A DNA stretch of 64,000 nt from an uncultured Anaerolineaceae bacterium. GTDB lineage: Bacteria; Chloroflexota; Anaerolineae; Anaerolineales; UBA4823. Numbering within the stretch: position 1 is the first letter of the stretch; the number at the start of each line of letters is the position of its first letter. The notes under the pieces were generated by a model. It was not told the DNA's origin, made no database searches, and worked only from the letters and a program-made list of their open reading frames with translations. This document shows positions 23,401-35,700 of this stretch, in pieces. A program made the translations under genes and the position numbers. Location: assembly GCA_964391195.1 (NCBI GenBank), contig CAYMLG010000009.1, positions 4,167 to 68,166 of the forward strand, in the 5' to 3' direction.

Positions 23401-25231
23401 GGACCTCGGCGCAGCGGTCCATGGCCTGGCGGAAGGCGGGCTGCGTTTCGTATAACCGTCGGCCCATCCCAATGTACTGTGACCCCTGGCCGGTGAACAG
23501 GAAGGCGATGCGCGGGTTGTCCACGGTCTGCGTGCGGCCGCTGACCAGGCCTTCCTGAGAACCCCCATCCAGGAAGGCTTCCAGCTTGCGGCGGGCGGCC
23601 TCAGGTTCGGAGGCGATCACCGCCAGGCGGTGGGGGAATTGGGCCCGGCCGGTATTGAGGGTGTAGGCGATATCGGCCAGGGACGCGCCCGAGTTTTGCG
23701 CCAGGTGCTCCTGGAACCGCCCGGCGAGGTCTTTCAGTGCTTTTTCGGTTTGGGCCGAGAGGGTCAGCAGATGAGCCGGGCGCTCAACGGGCGGACGGCT
23801 ATCGGCCTGTTCCGCTTCGGGCTGCTCGGGCGTTCCGTCCGGGGCCTCGGCCACCACCACGTGGACGTTGGTCCCGCTGAAGCCGAACGAGCTGACCCCG
23901 CCCACCAGCCGGCCCTCAGCCTGCCAGGGGATGGGGCGGATGGGCACCTGCAGCGGCAGGGCTTCCCAGTCCACGTGCGGGTTGGGCCGGGTGAAGTGCA
24001 GGTTAGGTGGGATGGTGCGATGCTTGATGGTCAGCACGAGCTTGATCAGGCCGGCGATCCCGGCCGCCGATTCCAGGTGGCCGATGTTGGTCTTCACCGC
24101 CCCCAGGTACAGCGGTTTGTCCGGGGAATGGCCATCCTTGAAAACGCTGCCCAGCGCCTGGAGTTCGATCGGGTCGCCGAGGGTGGTGCCGGTGCCGTGA
24201 GTCTCGACAAAACCGACCTCCGCCGGTGAGACGCCTGCGTTGGCCAGGGCGTCGCGGAATACGGCTTCCTGGGAGGGCCCGTTGGGGGCGGTCAGCCCGC
24301 TGGAAGCCCCATCCTGGTTGGCTGCCGAGCCCAGAATCACGGCCTGGATGGGATCCCCATCGGCCAGGGCGTCGCTCAGCCGCTTGAGCACGACCACCCC
24401 GCAGCCCTCGCCGCGCACGAAGCCATCGGCGCGGGCGTCGAACGCCTTGCAGCGCCCATCGGGGGCCATGAAGTGGAATTTCGAGAGGGCGATGGTGCCC
24501 TCGGGGGCCAGCATTGCGTTCGTCCCCGCGGCCAGCGCCATGCGGCAGTCGCCGCTGCGCAGGCTGAGCACCGCCAGATGGACGGCTACCAGGGACGAGG
24601 AGCAGGCGGTATCGACCGAGACGCTGGGTCCGCGCAGGCCGAGCACGTAAGAAACCCGGCCGGAGGCGATGCTGTGGCCCGTCCCCGATCCGTAGTAGGT
24701 ATCGATGTAGCGGATCCCGCCGTTCGCCAGTTGGAGCTGCTGGTAATCGTTGTTGACGATGCCTACGAAGACCCCGGTTGGACTGCCCGCCAATTGGTCT
24801 GGGGCGATGCCGGCGCTTTCGATGGCTTCCCACGAGACCTCCAGCAGCAGGCGCTGCTGCGGGTCCATGGTGGCTGCCTCGCGGGGGGAGATGCCGAAGA
24901 ATTGGGGGTCGAAATGATCGATATCCTCGACAAAGCCGCCATAGCGGGTGGACATCTTCCCCGAGGCGTTGGGGTCCGGGGCGTAGTAGCGGTCGATATC
25001 CCAACGGCTGGGCGGGACTTCCGAGATCGCATCCACCCCATCGAGCAGCAGACGCCAGTAGGCATCCGGATGGTTCGCTCCACCCGGGAAGCGGCAAGCC
25101 ATGCCGATCACCGCGATGGGCTCTCGTTGAGCCTGCTCCATGGCTTTCAATTTGGCTTCCATCCTGGCGATGGCCAGGTAAGCCTGTTTCAAAGGGGATA
25201 AATTCTGGGCGCTCTGTGAGGTGTTGTCCAT
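17468..25231 (-). CDS. Type I PKS, module 4: KS-AT-DH-cMT-ER-KR-ACP (seven domains)
   Basis: KS: DTACSSS, HGTGT, NIGH. AT: GHSAGE, HAFH. DH: RPLLG.., [17 protein letters not shown]. cMT: [14 protein letters not shown]: [19 protein letters not shown]: [20 protein letters not shown]: VGLDSL. Confidence 0.95.
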
Positions 25232-25241
25232 TCAGGGTTCC

Positions 25242-28200
25242 CTATAGATTTTTCAGCTTGTTCAGCAGCATCGCTTCGATTTCCGCTTCGGAAAGGTCTT
25301 CGATATCGGCCGCGGACCCTTCGCTGCCGGGGTCGGGCACGGCGTGAAGATTTTCAGATTCGGGTGATTGCCGGATCTGCCCTGCCCCTGCTTCGCTGTC
25401 GGCGGTAAAGATGAGCTGTTCCAGGTAGCCGGCTACGGCCTCGATCGTGGGGTAGTCGTAAATCAGGGTGGATGGGAGCCGGGCGGTCAACTGCAGGCCG
25501 GTCTGGAGCCGGTTTTTGAGTTCGACCGCCATCAGCGAGTCCACCCCCAGGTCCATCAAGCGCTGGCGGCGGTCGAGCTGCCCGGCATCCGCCCGGCGCA
25601 GGATGCGTCCCAGGTGCTGGCGGACATACTGGATGAGCAGGTCTTTGCGCTCGCCGGGCAAGGCAGCCTGCAGTCTGGAGAGGAACTCGTCCTGCTTCTC
25701 GCCTGCGCCCGCTGCAACCTCAGGCTGGGCGGATGCGGGTACGGCAGGAGTGTCTACTGTTTCGGTTGAGCTCTGGCACTGCTGTGCCTCTACACCGGCG
25801 GTAGGCGCCTGGGCCATCAGGATGCTGCTCCCCAGGATCGCGGGCTGCGTGCCTGCCTGGGGGAAAGCGGCGGCCCGGACGAAACCAACGGCCTCCAGCA
25901 CCTCAAGCCATTGGCCGGCCGAGACCAGGGGCGAATCTTTCCGCAGTGGGTCCTCGAAATGGCCCCAGCCTTCGATCAAGGCGGTGGTCACATCGAACCA
26001 GGAGAGCGGTTCGGTCACTTCGAAGGCCAACAGCACCCCGCCCGGCCCGAGCAGGGAGCGCACCCGTTCGAGCGAGCGCGACAGATCGCGGGTGGCGTGC
26101 AGCACATTGGCGGCGATGATGATGTCGAAACTGTGCGGGACGAACCCCTGCGCCTCGGGGTCCTGTTCCAAATCCAGGCGCATGAAGCGCAGGAAGGGGT
26201 AGCTCTGGAAGTTCTCCTGGGCCCGGGCCAGGAACAGGTCGGAGATATCGGTGAAGGTGTACTCGACTCGCTCGGCCGGGAGCCCGGAAATCAGGGCAGA
26301 GGTGGTACCGCCGGACCCGGCGCCCACTTCAAGGATGCGTACCTTGCGATCGGGGTGCATGGCGTGCACCAGGGGGAGCAGCAGGCCGCGCAGCACGCTG
26401 TTGAAATAGCCGACCAGCGGCCATTTCTGGTAAATATATTCCGCGGTGTGGAACGACCCGCCGGGGAACAACACTTCGAGCGGGCTTTCCTCGCCTTTCA
26501 GGAGGGCGGCCAGACTCTCGCCGGAGCGTTGGACGTACTCCACCAACGGAGAAATATCCGCCACCACAGGCGGGACGGGGCTCTCGATGATTTCCGTCGC
26601 CTCCGGGCCGAACGGCCGCCGGAGGACGTACTGCTCCGCCTGGCCCCGTTCCAGGTAGCCCTCTTTTTCCAGGCGGTCCAGCCAGCGCTGGATCAGCACG
26701 CGGTAGCCGGGCTGGAGGTTGCATTGAGTTACCAGGCCGGCGGCGGTGTGCGCCTCGCCGGGTCGAGCGAACACGCCCAACTCTTGCAGGACCCGCACGA
26801 TATAAGCGCTGGTCAGGCGGTCGAGATAAGCCCATTTATCGGGATAGGTGTGCAGGTTGAGGTCCAGCGGCCCCACGTTCTCCTGCAGCCGGCCGGCGGC
26901 CTCCACTGCCTGCCAGATGGCCTCCGGTGAAGCGGTAGCCTGGCTGGCGGTCGCCTGCGGGGCGGAGAGGCGATCCGGCCAGTAGCGCTGGCGGTTCCAG
27001 GGGTAAGTGGGCAAGGGGATTTTCCGCCGCGGGTAGTCCCGTTCGACCCCGGCCCAATCGATCGGCACACCCTGGACGTACAGCCGGGCCAGGCTCTCCA
27101 GCATCTGCTCCCATTCGTCCCAGCCTTCGCGCAGGGAGGGCAGCCAGGCGTCATCCCCCAGGTCCTCTTCGATGCAGCGCCGGCCCATGGCCAGCAGCAC
27201 CGGGTTGGGGCCGATCTCGACGAAGACCGGGCGCCCTTCGGCGGCCGCGGTCTGCATCGCCGGGGCAAAGCGCACCGGCTGGCGCAGGTGCCGCCGCCAG
27301 TAAGCCGCGTTCCCAATCTCATCGAAGGTCGCAAACCGGCCGGTGACGGCCGAGATGTGGGCGACCTGGGGTTCATGGTAAGCGATTTCCCGCGCCACCG
27401 CTTCGAACTCGTCTAGGATCGGATCGAGCATTGGGGAATGGGCCGCCTGGGCCACGGCCAGGACCTTCGACTTGATGCGCCGGCCCTTTAGATCGGCGAT
27501 CACCTGGTGAAGGGCCTCTTTCTCCCCCGAGATGACGATGTTCTGCGGGCCGTTGATGACCGCGATGGAGACCCGGCTGGTGTATGGGGCCAGCGCCTGG
27601 GCCACGGTCTCTTCATCGGCGAAGACCGCGGCCATCTCGCCCTGCTGGGGGAGCGAATCCATCAGCCGGCCGCGGGCGGCGACCAGCTTGAGCCCATCTT
27701 CGAGGTTGAACAGGCCGGCGATGCAGGCGGCGGCGTACTCGCCGACGCTGTGGCCCAAAACCGCCGACGGTTTCACCCCCCAGGACAGCCACAGTTGGGC
27801 CAGGGCGTACTCCACCGCGAACAAGGCCGGTTGGGCGTAGGTCATCTGGTTGAGCAGTTCCGGATCACCGGGCGTGTACAGCACTTCGAGCAAGGGGCGT
27901 TCGAGAAGCGGGCGCATCAATTCGGCGCAGCGGTCGAGCGCCTGGCGGAAGGTCGGTTGGGTATCGTACAGCAGGCGCCCCATCTGCAGGTAATGTGCGC
28001 CATGACCGGTGAACAGGAAGACCACCTCCGGCTGCACCGATTCGAAGACCTGCCCGTTTACCAGGCCGTCGACCTCCTCGCCATCCAGGTAGAGGCGGAG
28101 CCGGTCATTGGCTTCTTCTGCGCTTCTGGCGACGAGCGCCAGGCGGTGGGGCAGGTGCGCCCGGCCGGTGTTGGCGGTGTAGCACAGGTCTGGGAACCTG

Positions 28201-29759
28201 TCCGAGGCGGTTGACAGGGCCGCCTGGTAGCGGTGGGCCAATTCCCGCAGCGAGGCGGGGCTCTTCGCCGAGAGAGTCAGCAGGTGTACCGGCCGTTCCG
28301 TGCTGGCCTCAACCGGGCCGGTGGCGACCGGCGGCGGTTCCGGGGCGGCCTCGAGCACAATGTGAGCGTTCGTGCCGCTGAACCCAAATGAGGAGGTCCC
28401 TACCAGGTAGCGCCCATCGACCGGCTGCAGGGGCTCGCGCTGGACGGGCACATCCACCGGGATGCGCTCCCAGGGGATGTACGGGTTCGGCTCCTGCAGG
28501 TGCAGGTGGGGCGGGATCTCCTTGTGCTGCAGGATCAGGATGGCTTTCATCAGGCCGGCGACCCCGGCCGCGGCTTCCAGGTGCCCCAGGTTGGTCTTCA
28601 CCGAGCCGACCTTCAGCGGGCGCTCCGGCGAACGGCCCTGGCCCAGCACCGCAGCCAGCGCCTGCACCTCGATCGGATCGCCCAGGGAAGTGCCGGTGCC
28701 GTGGGCTTCCACATAACTCACCTGGGCGCCCGAAACGTTTCCATTTGCCAGCGCGGTGCGGATCACGGCTTCTTGCGCCAGGCCATTGGGAGCGGTGAGC
28801 CCCGTGCTGCGCCCGTCCTGGTTGACCGCCGACCCACGGATCACGGCCAGGATATGGTCCCGGTCTTTGATGGCGTCGGAAAGGCGCTTGAGGACCACCA
28901 TGCCGCAGCCCTCCGAGCGGACGAAGCCATCGGCCCGGGCATCGAAAGTCTTGCAGCGCCCGTCTGCTGAAATCATTCGGGCGCGGGAGAAGTTGATCAG
29001 GATCTCCGGCCGCAGGACGAGATTGACCCCCCCGGCCAGGGCCAGGTTACATTCGCCATTGCGCAGGCTTTGCACGGCCTCGTGGACCGCCACCAGCGAG
29101 GAGGAGCAGGCGGTATCGATCGACAGAGCCGGCCCCTGCAAACCCAGGAGATAAGCCAGGCGCCCTGAGGCGATGCTCAGCGTCGTGCCGGTCGCAAGGT
29201 ATACGTCGATCTCCTCCCGGGGGACGGTGGAGAGCAGCTGGTAGTAGTCGTTGGTAGAGATGCCGATGAACACTCCGGTCTGGCTGCCTGACAACCTGTC
29301 CGGGGCCTGCCCGGCGCGCTCCAGGGCCTCCCAGCTCACTTCCAGGATCATGCGCTGCTGCGGGTCCATGGCGGCCGCTTCGCGGGGGGAGATGCCGAAG
29401 AACTCGGGGTCGAACTCGTCGATCTGGTCCAGGAACCCACCCCAGCGGGTGACGATCTTGCCCGGCGCATCTGGATCGGGGTCGTAAAATTCGTCCGCAT
29501 CCCACCGCTCGGGGGGCACCTCACGGATGGCGTCCACGCCGTTCACCAGCAGTTCCCAAAAGCTCTCCGGATCATTGGCCCCGCCGGGGAAGCGGCAGCC
29601 CATCCCGATCACAGCCACCGGCTCCTGGCGGGCTTGCTCGGCGGCCTGTAACCTCGCGCGCATTTCGCGAAGCTCAACCAGGGCCTGTTTGACTGGAGAT
29701 AATTCGGCTGTCCGTTCGGTGGGGTTATGATCTGTCATTTTGTCCGCATCCTCGTTCAT
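25242..29759 (-). CDS. Type I PKS, module 3: KS-AT-cMT-ACP (no reductive domains)
   Basis: KS: DTACSSS, HGTGT, NLGH. AT: GHSVGE, but with GHGAH and QAAHS variant motifs. cMT: ILEVGAGSGGTT. ACP: LGVDSL. Docking helices at both ends. Confidence 0.95.
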   Translation of the reverse strand: MNEDADKMTDHNPTERTAELSPVKQALVELREMRARLQAAEQARQEPVAVIGMGCRFPGGANDPESFWELLVNGVDAIREVPPERWDADEFYDPDPDAPGKIVTRWGGFLDQIDEFDPEFFGISPREAAAMDPQQRMILEVSWEALERAGQAPDRLSGSQTGVFIGISTNDYYQLLSTVPREEIDVYLATGTTLSIASGRLAYLLGLQGPALSIDTACSSSLVAVHEAVQSLRNGECNLALAGGVNLVLRPEILINFSRARMISADGRCKTFDARADGFVRSEGCGMVVLKRLSDAIKDRDHILAVIRGSAVNQDGRSTGLTAPNGLAQEAVIRTALANGNVSGAQVSYVEAHGTGTSLGDPIEVQALAAVLGQGRSPERPLKVGSVKTNLGHLEAAAGVAGLMKAILILQHKEIPPHLHLQEPNPYIPWERIPVDVPVQREPLQPVDGRYLVGTSSFGFSGTNAHIVLEAAPEPPPVATGPVEASTERPVHLLTLSAKSPASLRELAHRYQAALSTASDRFPDLCYTANTGRAHLPHRLALVARSAEEANDRLRLYLDGEEVDGLVNGQVFESVQPEVVFLFTGHGAHYLQMGRLLYDTQPTFRQALDRCAELMRPLLERPLLEVLYTPGDPELLNQMTYAQPALFAVEYALAQLWLSWGVKPSAVLGHSVGEYAAACIAGLFNLEDGLKLVAARGRLMDSLPQQGEMAAVFADEETVAQALAPYTSRVSIAVINGPQNIVISGEKEALHQVIADLKGRRIKSKVLAVAQAAHSPMLDPILDEFEAVAREIAYHEPQVAHISAVTGRFATFDEIGNAAYWRRHLRQPVRFAPAMQTAAAEGRPVFVEIGPNPVLLAMGRRCIEEDLGDDAWLPSLREGWDEWEQMLESLARLYVQGVPIDWAGVERDYPRRKIPLPTYPWNRQRYWPDRLSAPQATASQATASPEAIWQAVEAAGRLQENVGPLDLNLHTYPDKWAYLDRLTSAYIVRVLQELGVFARPGEAHTAAGLVTQCNLQPGYRVLIQRWLDRLEKEGYLERGQAEQYVLRRPFGPEATEIIESPVPPVVADISPLVEYVQRSGESLAALLKGEESPLEVLFPGGSFHTAEYIYQKWPLVGYFNSVLRGLLLPLVHAMHPDRKVRILEVGAGSGGTTSALISGLPAERVEYTFTDISDLFLARAQENFQSYPFLRFMRLDLEQDPEAQGFVPHSFDIIIAANVLHATRDLSRSLERVRSLLGPGGVLLAFEVTEPLSWFDVTTALIEGWGHFEDPLRKDSPLVSAGQWLEVLEAVGFVRAAAFPQAGTQPAILGSSILMAQAPTAGVEAQQCQSSTETVDTPAVPASAQPEVAAGAGEKQDEFLSRLQAALPGERKDLLIQYVRQHLGRILRRADAGQLDRRQRLMDLGVDSLMAVELKNRLQTGLQLTARLPSTLIYDYPTIEAVAGYLEQLIFTADSEAGAGQIRQSPESENLHAVPDPGSEGSAADIEDLSEAEIEAMLLNKLKNL

Positions 29760-32700
29760 TTACCGTTCCGCAGTGCTTTCAACTCGGCCAATAACTGCGC
29801 CTCGGCCTCTTCGTCCGATAAGCTTTCGATGTCGGCCAGTTCGACCTGCTCCACGCTGTCCTCTGTCCCAGAGGCGGCCTCTGTCCCCGCGCCCACGGCC
29901 GGGGCACCATCCGCGGCCACCCGCTCGAGCAGGTAGGCGGATAGGGCTTCCACCGTGGTGTAATCGAACACCAGGGTAGCGGGCAGCGGCTGGTCGAAGC
30001 CCAGGCCCGCGCCTAATAAATTCCGCAGTTCGACGGCCATCAGCGAGTCCAGGCCCATCTCTTGCAGGGGCTGTTTGCTGTTGACCGGGAAAGACGGCTC
30101 CAGGTCCAGCACTTTCCTGACCTGTTCCAGCACGTGGGCGAGCATCAGGCCGGGGCGCTTGCTCGCCGGGGCCTGGAGCAGGCGTTGGCGCAGGTCGGGA
30201 AGGGTGGGAGCGGATTCTCCCGACCGGCCATCCTGGTCCTCCTGGGCAGTGGCTGCGCCGGTCATCTCGGTGTAGAAGGGGGGGATAGCCCGGCCAGCGA
30301 ACTGCCTGGCGAAAGTGGGCCAATCCATCCTCACCGCCGCCACCGCCGCAGGCGTGGATGGCTGCGCCGTGTTGGTGCTGCGGATGAGCTCCTCTAGCAC
30401 GGCGATCCCTTGCTCGGGGGTCATCGACAGGATGCCCCTGGCCATCAGGCGTTCGCCCAGATCTCTGCTGGCCGCCGCGCCCACTTCCGACCAGGGTCCC
30501 CAGCCGATGCTCAGAGCCGGCAGACCCTGCGCCCGGCGGTAGCTCGCCAGGGCGTCGAGATAGGTGTTGGCCGCCACGTGGTTGCTCTGCCCTGCCGCGC
30601 CCAGGACGGACACAGCCGAGGAGAAGAGCACGAAAAAGTCCAGGGGCAGATCCTGGGTGAGGCGATGAAGGTTCCATCCCCCGTCGATCTTCGGCCCAAA
30701 CACCCGGGCGAAGCGCTCCCAGCGCTGCTGCAAGATGACCCCATCATCCAGCACACCGGCGGCATGGATCACCCCGCGCAGCGGCGGCATGGTTTCGGAG
30801 ATCTCGCCCAACAACCGCTCCACCTGCCCGAGGTCCGAGACGTCGGCCTGGACCAGCCTGACCTCAGCGCCGTCCACGGCCAACTCTTCACAGAACGCCT
30901 GCGCGGCGGCATCGGGCTCGCTGCGGCCTACCAGGACTAGGTGCTTTGCCCCGCGCTCGGCCAGCCAGGCCGCAGCGCTGCGCCCCAGCCCGCCCAGACC
31001 GCCGGTGACCAGGTAAGTGGCGTCGGGCTGCACCGGCGCCCCTGGGTGGGCGTGGCGGTGGACCAGTACGATTTTGCCGATATGCCTGGCCTGGGACATG
31101 AAGCGGAAAGCGGCTTCCGCCCCTTCGATCGGGAACTCCGTGAGGGGCAAGGGGCTCAGCTCACCCTGTTCGAAGGCGGGCAGCAGCTCCTGGAACAGGG
31201 AGGGGATCAGGCCGGGGTCTTGCCGGGCCTCGGCCAGTAAATCGATCACGTGATAGCTTGCCTGGGGTTTGACCGTTGCGAACTGCTCCGGGCTCCAGAT
31301 GCCGCGCTTGCCGATCTCCAGGAAACAACCCTGATCGGCCAGCACCTGGACGCTCTTCGTGATAAATTCGTCCGCCAGGGAATTCAGCACCAGATCCACG
31401 CCCCTACCGCCGGTGATCTCCAGGATTTGATCGGCGAAATCCAGGGAGCGCGAGTCCATCACGTGCTGGACGCCCATCTCCAGCAGCAGGCGGCGCTTTT
31501 CGGGGGAGCCGGCTGTGGCGAAAATCTCCGCCCCACAGCGGCGGGCGAGCTGGATCGCCGCCATCCCCACGCCCCCTGCGCCGGCGTGGATCAGCACTTT
31601 ATCGCCGGCCTTCATTTTCCCCAAGCGTAACAGGGCGTATTGTGTAGTGAGGAAAGCCGATGGCAGGGTGGCGGCTTCGGCGGGGGTCAGCCGTCCCGGC
31701 TTACGGGCCACGAACCCGGCCGGAGCGATCACGTGCGAGGCAAAGCCCCCGGGAGCCACGGCGACCACCTCGTCGCCCGGCTTCAAATCGCCGGCCCCCG
31801 GGCCCACGGCGGCGATCACCCCGGCGCACTCGCTGCCCAGGGTGGTTTCACTCCCCGGGTACATGCCCAGGGCCATGAGCACATCGCGGAAACCCAGACC
31901 GGTGGCCTGGACCGCGATCTCCACTTCACCCGGTCCGGGCGAGCGCCGCGGAGCGGGGACGAGTTCAAGGCTGTCCAGCCGTCCCGGCTGGCGGGTGACC
32001 AGATCGTAGGCCCCGGCGGGCGGGACGTCCTCCCCGGCGGCTAACCGGCTGCGCTGCAGCCGGGGGGTGTGCACCTGCCCGGAACGGACGGCCATCTGCG
32101 GCTCGTGCGGATAGGCCTGCAGCGCAGCCATCAGGGATGCCGCCGCTTCGGCTTTGGACGAATCGAGATCGAGACAGGAGCAGCCCAACTCAGGGTGTTC
32201 CTGGGCGATCACCTTGCCCAGGCCCCATAGGGCTGCCGACAAGGGCACGATTGTTTCACCTTCCGCGGCCGGGTCAACCCGGAACCCCCTGCGCGTCACC
32301 AGGCGCAGGCCGCCGGGCAGGCTGAGGCTGCGCCGGGCCAGGGCCTGGCTCAGATGCAGAGCGCCCGCACAGGCGGCCTCCAATTGCGGGCTGCCTTGCT
32401 CCGGCGCCTCTTCCGGCGTGGGGAGGTCCAGGGCCCAAAGATAGAGCACACCCTGCAGACCCGCCTGGCCGGCTTCCGCGATCAGGCGGTCGAAATCCTC
32501 GGGCCGGGCCGGGTCCAGCGTGTACCGGTCCTGGCCGGCTGCCTGGTACCGATCGCCCGCCCGCACAGTGACGGCTGTGCTCCCCATCCCGGCCAGTCGT
32601 CCGGCAAGCGCTTCCCCAACGCCCTGCTCGTCGGCGAATACCAGCCACTTCCCCCGGGGCAGCGGGTTCTCCGCCCGCGGAGAGGTCGCGGGCTGCCAGG

Positions 32701-35700
32701 CCACCTCGTACAGCCAGTCTTGCCGCCAGTCCGCCTGTGGAGCCTGTTCGGCGAGGCGCATGAAGGCCAGCCCTGAGACCTCCGCGACCGGGCGTCCCTC
32801 ATCGTCGAAGATGTGGAAATCCGCCGTGACTGCGCTGGCGTTGAGGGTTGAATTCGGGCGCAGGACGGCATGGCTCCACAGCTTGCGCTCCTCAGTGTTG
32901 AATATAGTCGCCTTCTCCAGGCTGAACGGCAGGTAGGTCTGCCCGTCCTGTGGGAGGAGCGGGGCGATGATCTGCAGGCTGGCGTCCAACAGCGCCGGGT
33001 GCATGTGGAAGGCCTCTTCGACCCCGGCGGCTTCCGGCAGTTCCACCTGCCCCAACGCTTCGCCTGCGCCCACCCAGCAGGCTTTCACCCCGCGGAAGCC
33101 GGGACCGAAGGCCAGGCCGCGCGCATCCAGCCTCTGGTAGAAGTCCGCCTCCGGCAAGTGCGTCTCGCAGCGGGCCCGGATCTCCGCAAGCTGTGTGGCC
33201 GAGGCTGCCGCTGTCTCGCCCGGTCGGAGCTCGGCGCGGCGTGCAACACATTGCATGTGCAGCGTCCACTGCTCCTGCGCCTCGTCCAGGCTGAAGACCT
33301 TGAGCTTCACCCGGTCCTGGCCCTCTTTGGCGGCGATGATCTGCACCGTGCGCCCGCCTTCACCCGGCAGTTGCAGCGGGTCCTGGAAGAGCACTTCTTC
33401 CAGGTCCACATCGCCCCCCAGCAGGGACCGGCCCGCAGCGCTTGCCATTTCGATATACCCGGTGGCCGGCATGACCGCCTCGCCGCCCACGCGGTGATCG
33501 GTGAGGAACGGCAGGGACTCGAGCGACAGATAGACCTCGAAGATCTGATCTTTGGAGGCTGTCCGCAGCCGCTGGCCGAGCAGGGGGTGCTGCTGTGGGC
33601 CCGGGGCGGCCGCCGCGACCTGTTTGTTGCCAGGGCGGACCCAATAACGCTGGCGCTCGAAGGGGTAGGTCGGCAGGTCAACCCGCCGGAAGGCTTTGCC
33701 CTGATAGAAACCGCTCCAATCGACTTCGACCCCGGCGGTGTAGACGCTCGCCAGGCTCTCCAGAATTTGGTCCCAATCCCCGCGGTTCCTGCGCAGCGAT
33801 TGCAGCCTGAGGCCGGATCCCTCGGGCAGGATCTGGGAGGCCAGCCCCAGGAGGGTGGTGTGCGGCCCGATCTCGATGAAGTACTCGTAGCCGAGGTCGT
33901 ACAGGCGCTGCACCGCGGCCGTGAATTGGACCGGCTTGCGGGTCAGGTCCCGCCAGTGTTTGGGCCGGCGGGCTGTACCTGGCCCCACCAGTTCCCCGGT
34001 CAGGCAGGACACATACTCCATGGACGGATCGTTGAAAACGATACCGGCGGCGACCCTTTCGAACTCATCCATCGCCGGCTCCATCAGGGGCGAGTGGAAG
34101 GCGTGGGACACGTTCAATTCCTTGACCCGGACCCCTTCCTTTTCCAGGCTCTCGACCACCGCCTGCACGCTGTCCTTGCGCCCGGAGATGACCAGGTTCT
34201 TCGGCCCGTTGAAGGCGGCGATGGAGACCTCACCGGCATAAGGCGCGATGGCTGCTCGCACCTGCGATTCGTCCGCGGAGACCGCGGCCATCATCCCATC
34301 CTCGGGCAGGGAGCCCATCAACCGGCCGCGGGCGGCGCTCAGCTTCAACCCGTCCTCGAGGCTCATCACCCCGGCCACACAGGCGGCGACGAACTCGCCA
34401 ATGCTGTGCCCCAACACCGCCCCCGGGGTGACCCCCCAGGACTCCCACAGCCGGGCCAGGGCGTACTCCAGGGCGAACAGCGCCGGCTGAGTGTAGGTGG
34501 TATGGTCGATGGGGGAGTCCTCGCCCGGGACTGGGTAGAGCACCGACAGCAGGGGCCGGTCCATATACGGCCGCAGCAGGCGGTCGCACTCGTCGAGCGC
34601 CTGTTTGAAGACCGGCTGGGTTTCGTATAGCTGTGCCCCCATGCCGGCGTACTGCGACCCCTGCCCGGAGAACAGGAAGGCGATCTTGGGCGGTTCTTGC
34701 GGGTCTTCCCCGCTGACCTTTACGTTCGAGACCGGTTGGCCAGAAATATAGGCCGCCAGGCTGTCGCGCAGTTGGTCGATATCCCTCGCGGCGATGGCCA
34801 GCCGGTGTGAAAAATGTGACCGGCCGAGGTTGGCCGTGTAGCAGATATCCCCCAGGCCGTAGCCGTCCTGCCCGCTGAGGCGCTCCGAATAGCGGCGGGC
34901 CAGGTTGGCCAACGCCGGCCTGCTCTTCGCCGAGAGGGTGAAGATATGCGCCGGTAATTCTTCCTCGGCGACGGATAGTTCCGGCGCCGGGGCCGATTCG
35001 AGGATCACATGCCCATTGATGCCGCTGGCACCGAAGGAGCTGACGCCCGCAATCCGCCGCCCGCCGGCCGGCTCCCATTTCTTTACCTGGGTGGGGACCT
35101 GGATGGGCATCGACTTCCAATCGATGTGCGGGTTGGGTTCCTGGAAGTGCAGGTGGGGCGGGATCTCCCCGTGGTAAAGCGCCAGGGCGGTTTTGATCAC
35201 CCCGGCCACGCCGGCCGCCGACTCCGAATGGCCGATATTGGTCTTCACCGAGCCGACGTGCAGGGGCGACCCCTGCGGCCGCCCCGGGCCGTAGACCGCG
35301 GCCAGGGCGCGCACCTCGATCGGATCGCCCAGGGGTGTGCCGGTACCGTGGGCTTCCACGTAGCTCACCAGCTCGGGCGGGACATCCGCTTTCTTCAGGG
35401 CGGCCCGGATCACTGCCTCCTGGGCCAGCTTGCTGGGGACGGTGAAACCGCTGCTGAAGCCGTCGTGGTTGACTGCCGCCCCGCGGATCACGGCGTAAAT
35501 CCGGTCCCGGTCGGCGATCGCCTGGCTCAGGCGCTTGAGCACCACCACCCCGCAGCCCTCGGAGCGGATGAAACCGTCGGCCCGGGCGTCGAAGGTCTTA
35601 CAGCGGCCGTCGGGGGCCAGCATGTTCGAGCGGCAGGCGCTGAGGGTGGTCTCGGGCGAGAGCAGCAGGTTCACCCCGCCGGCCAGGGCCAGGGTCGAGT

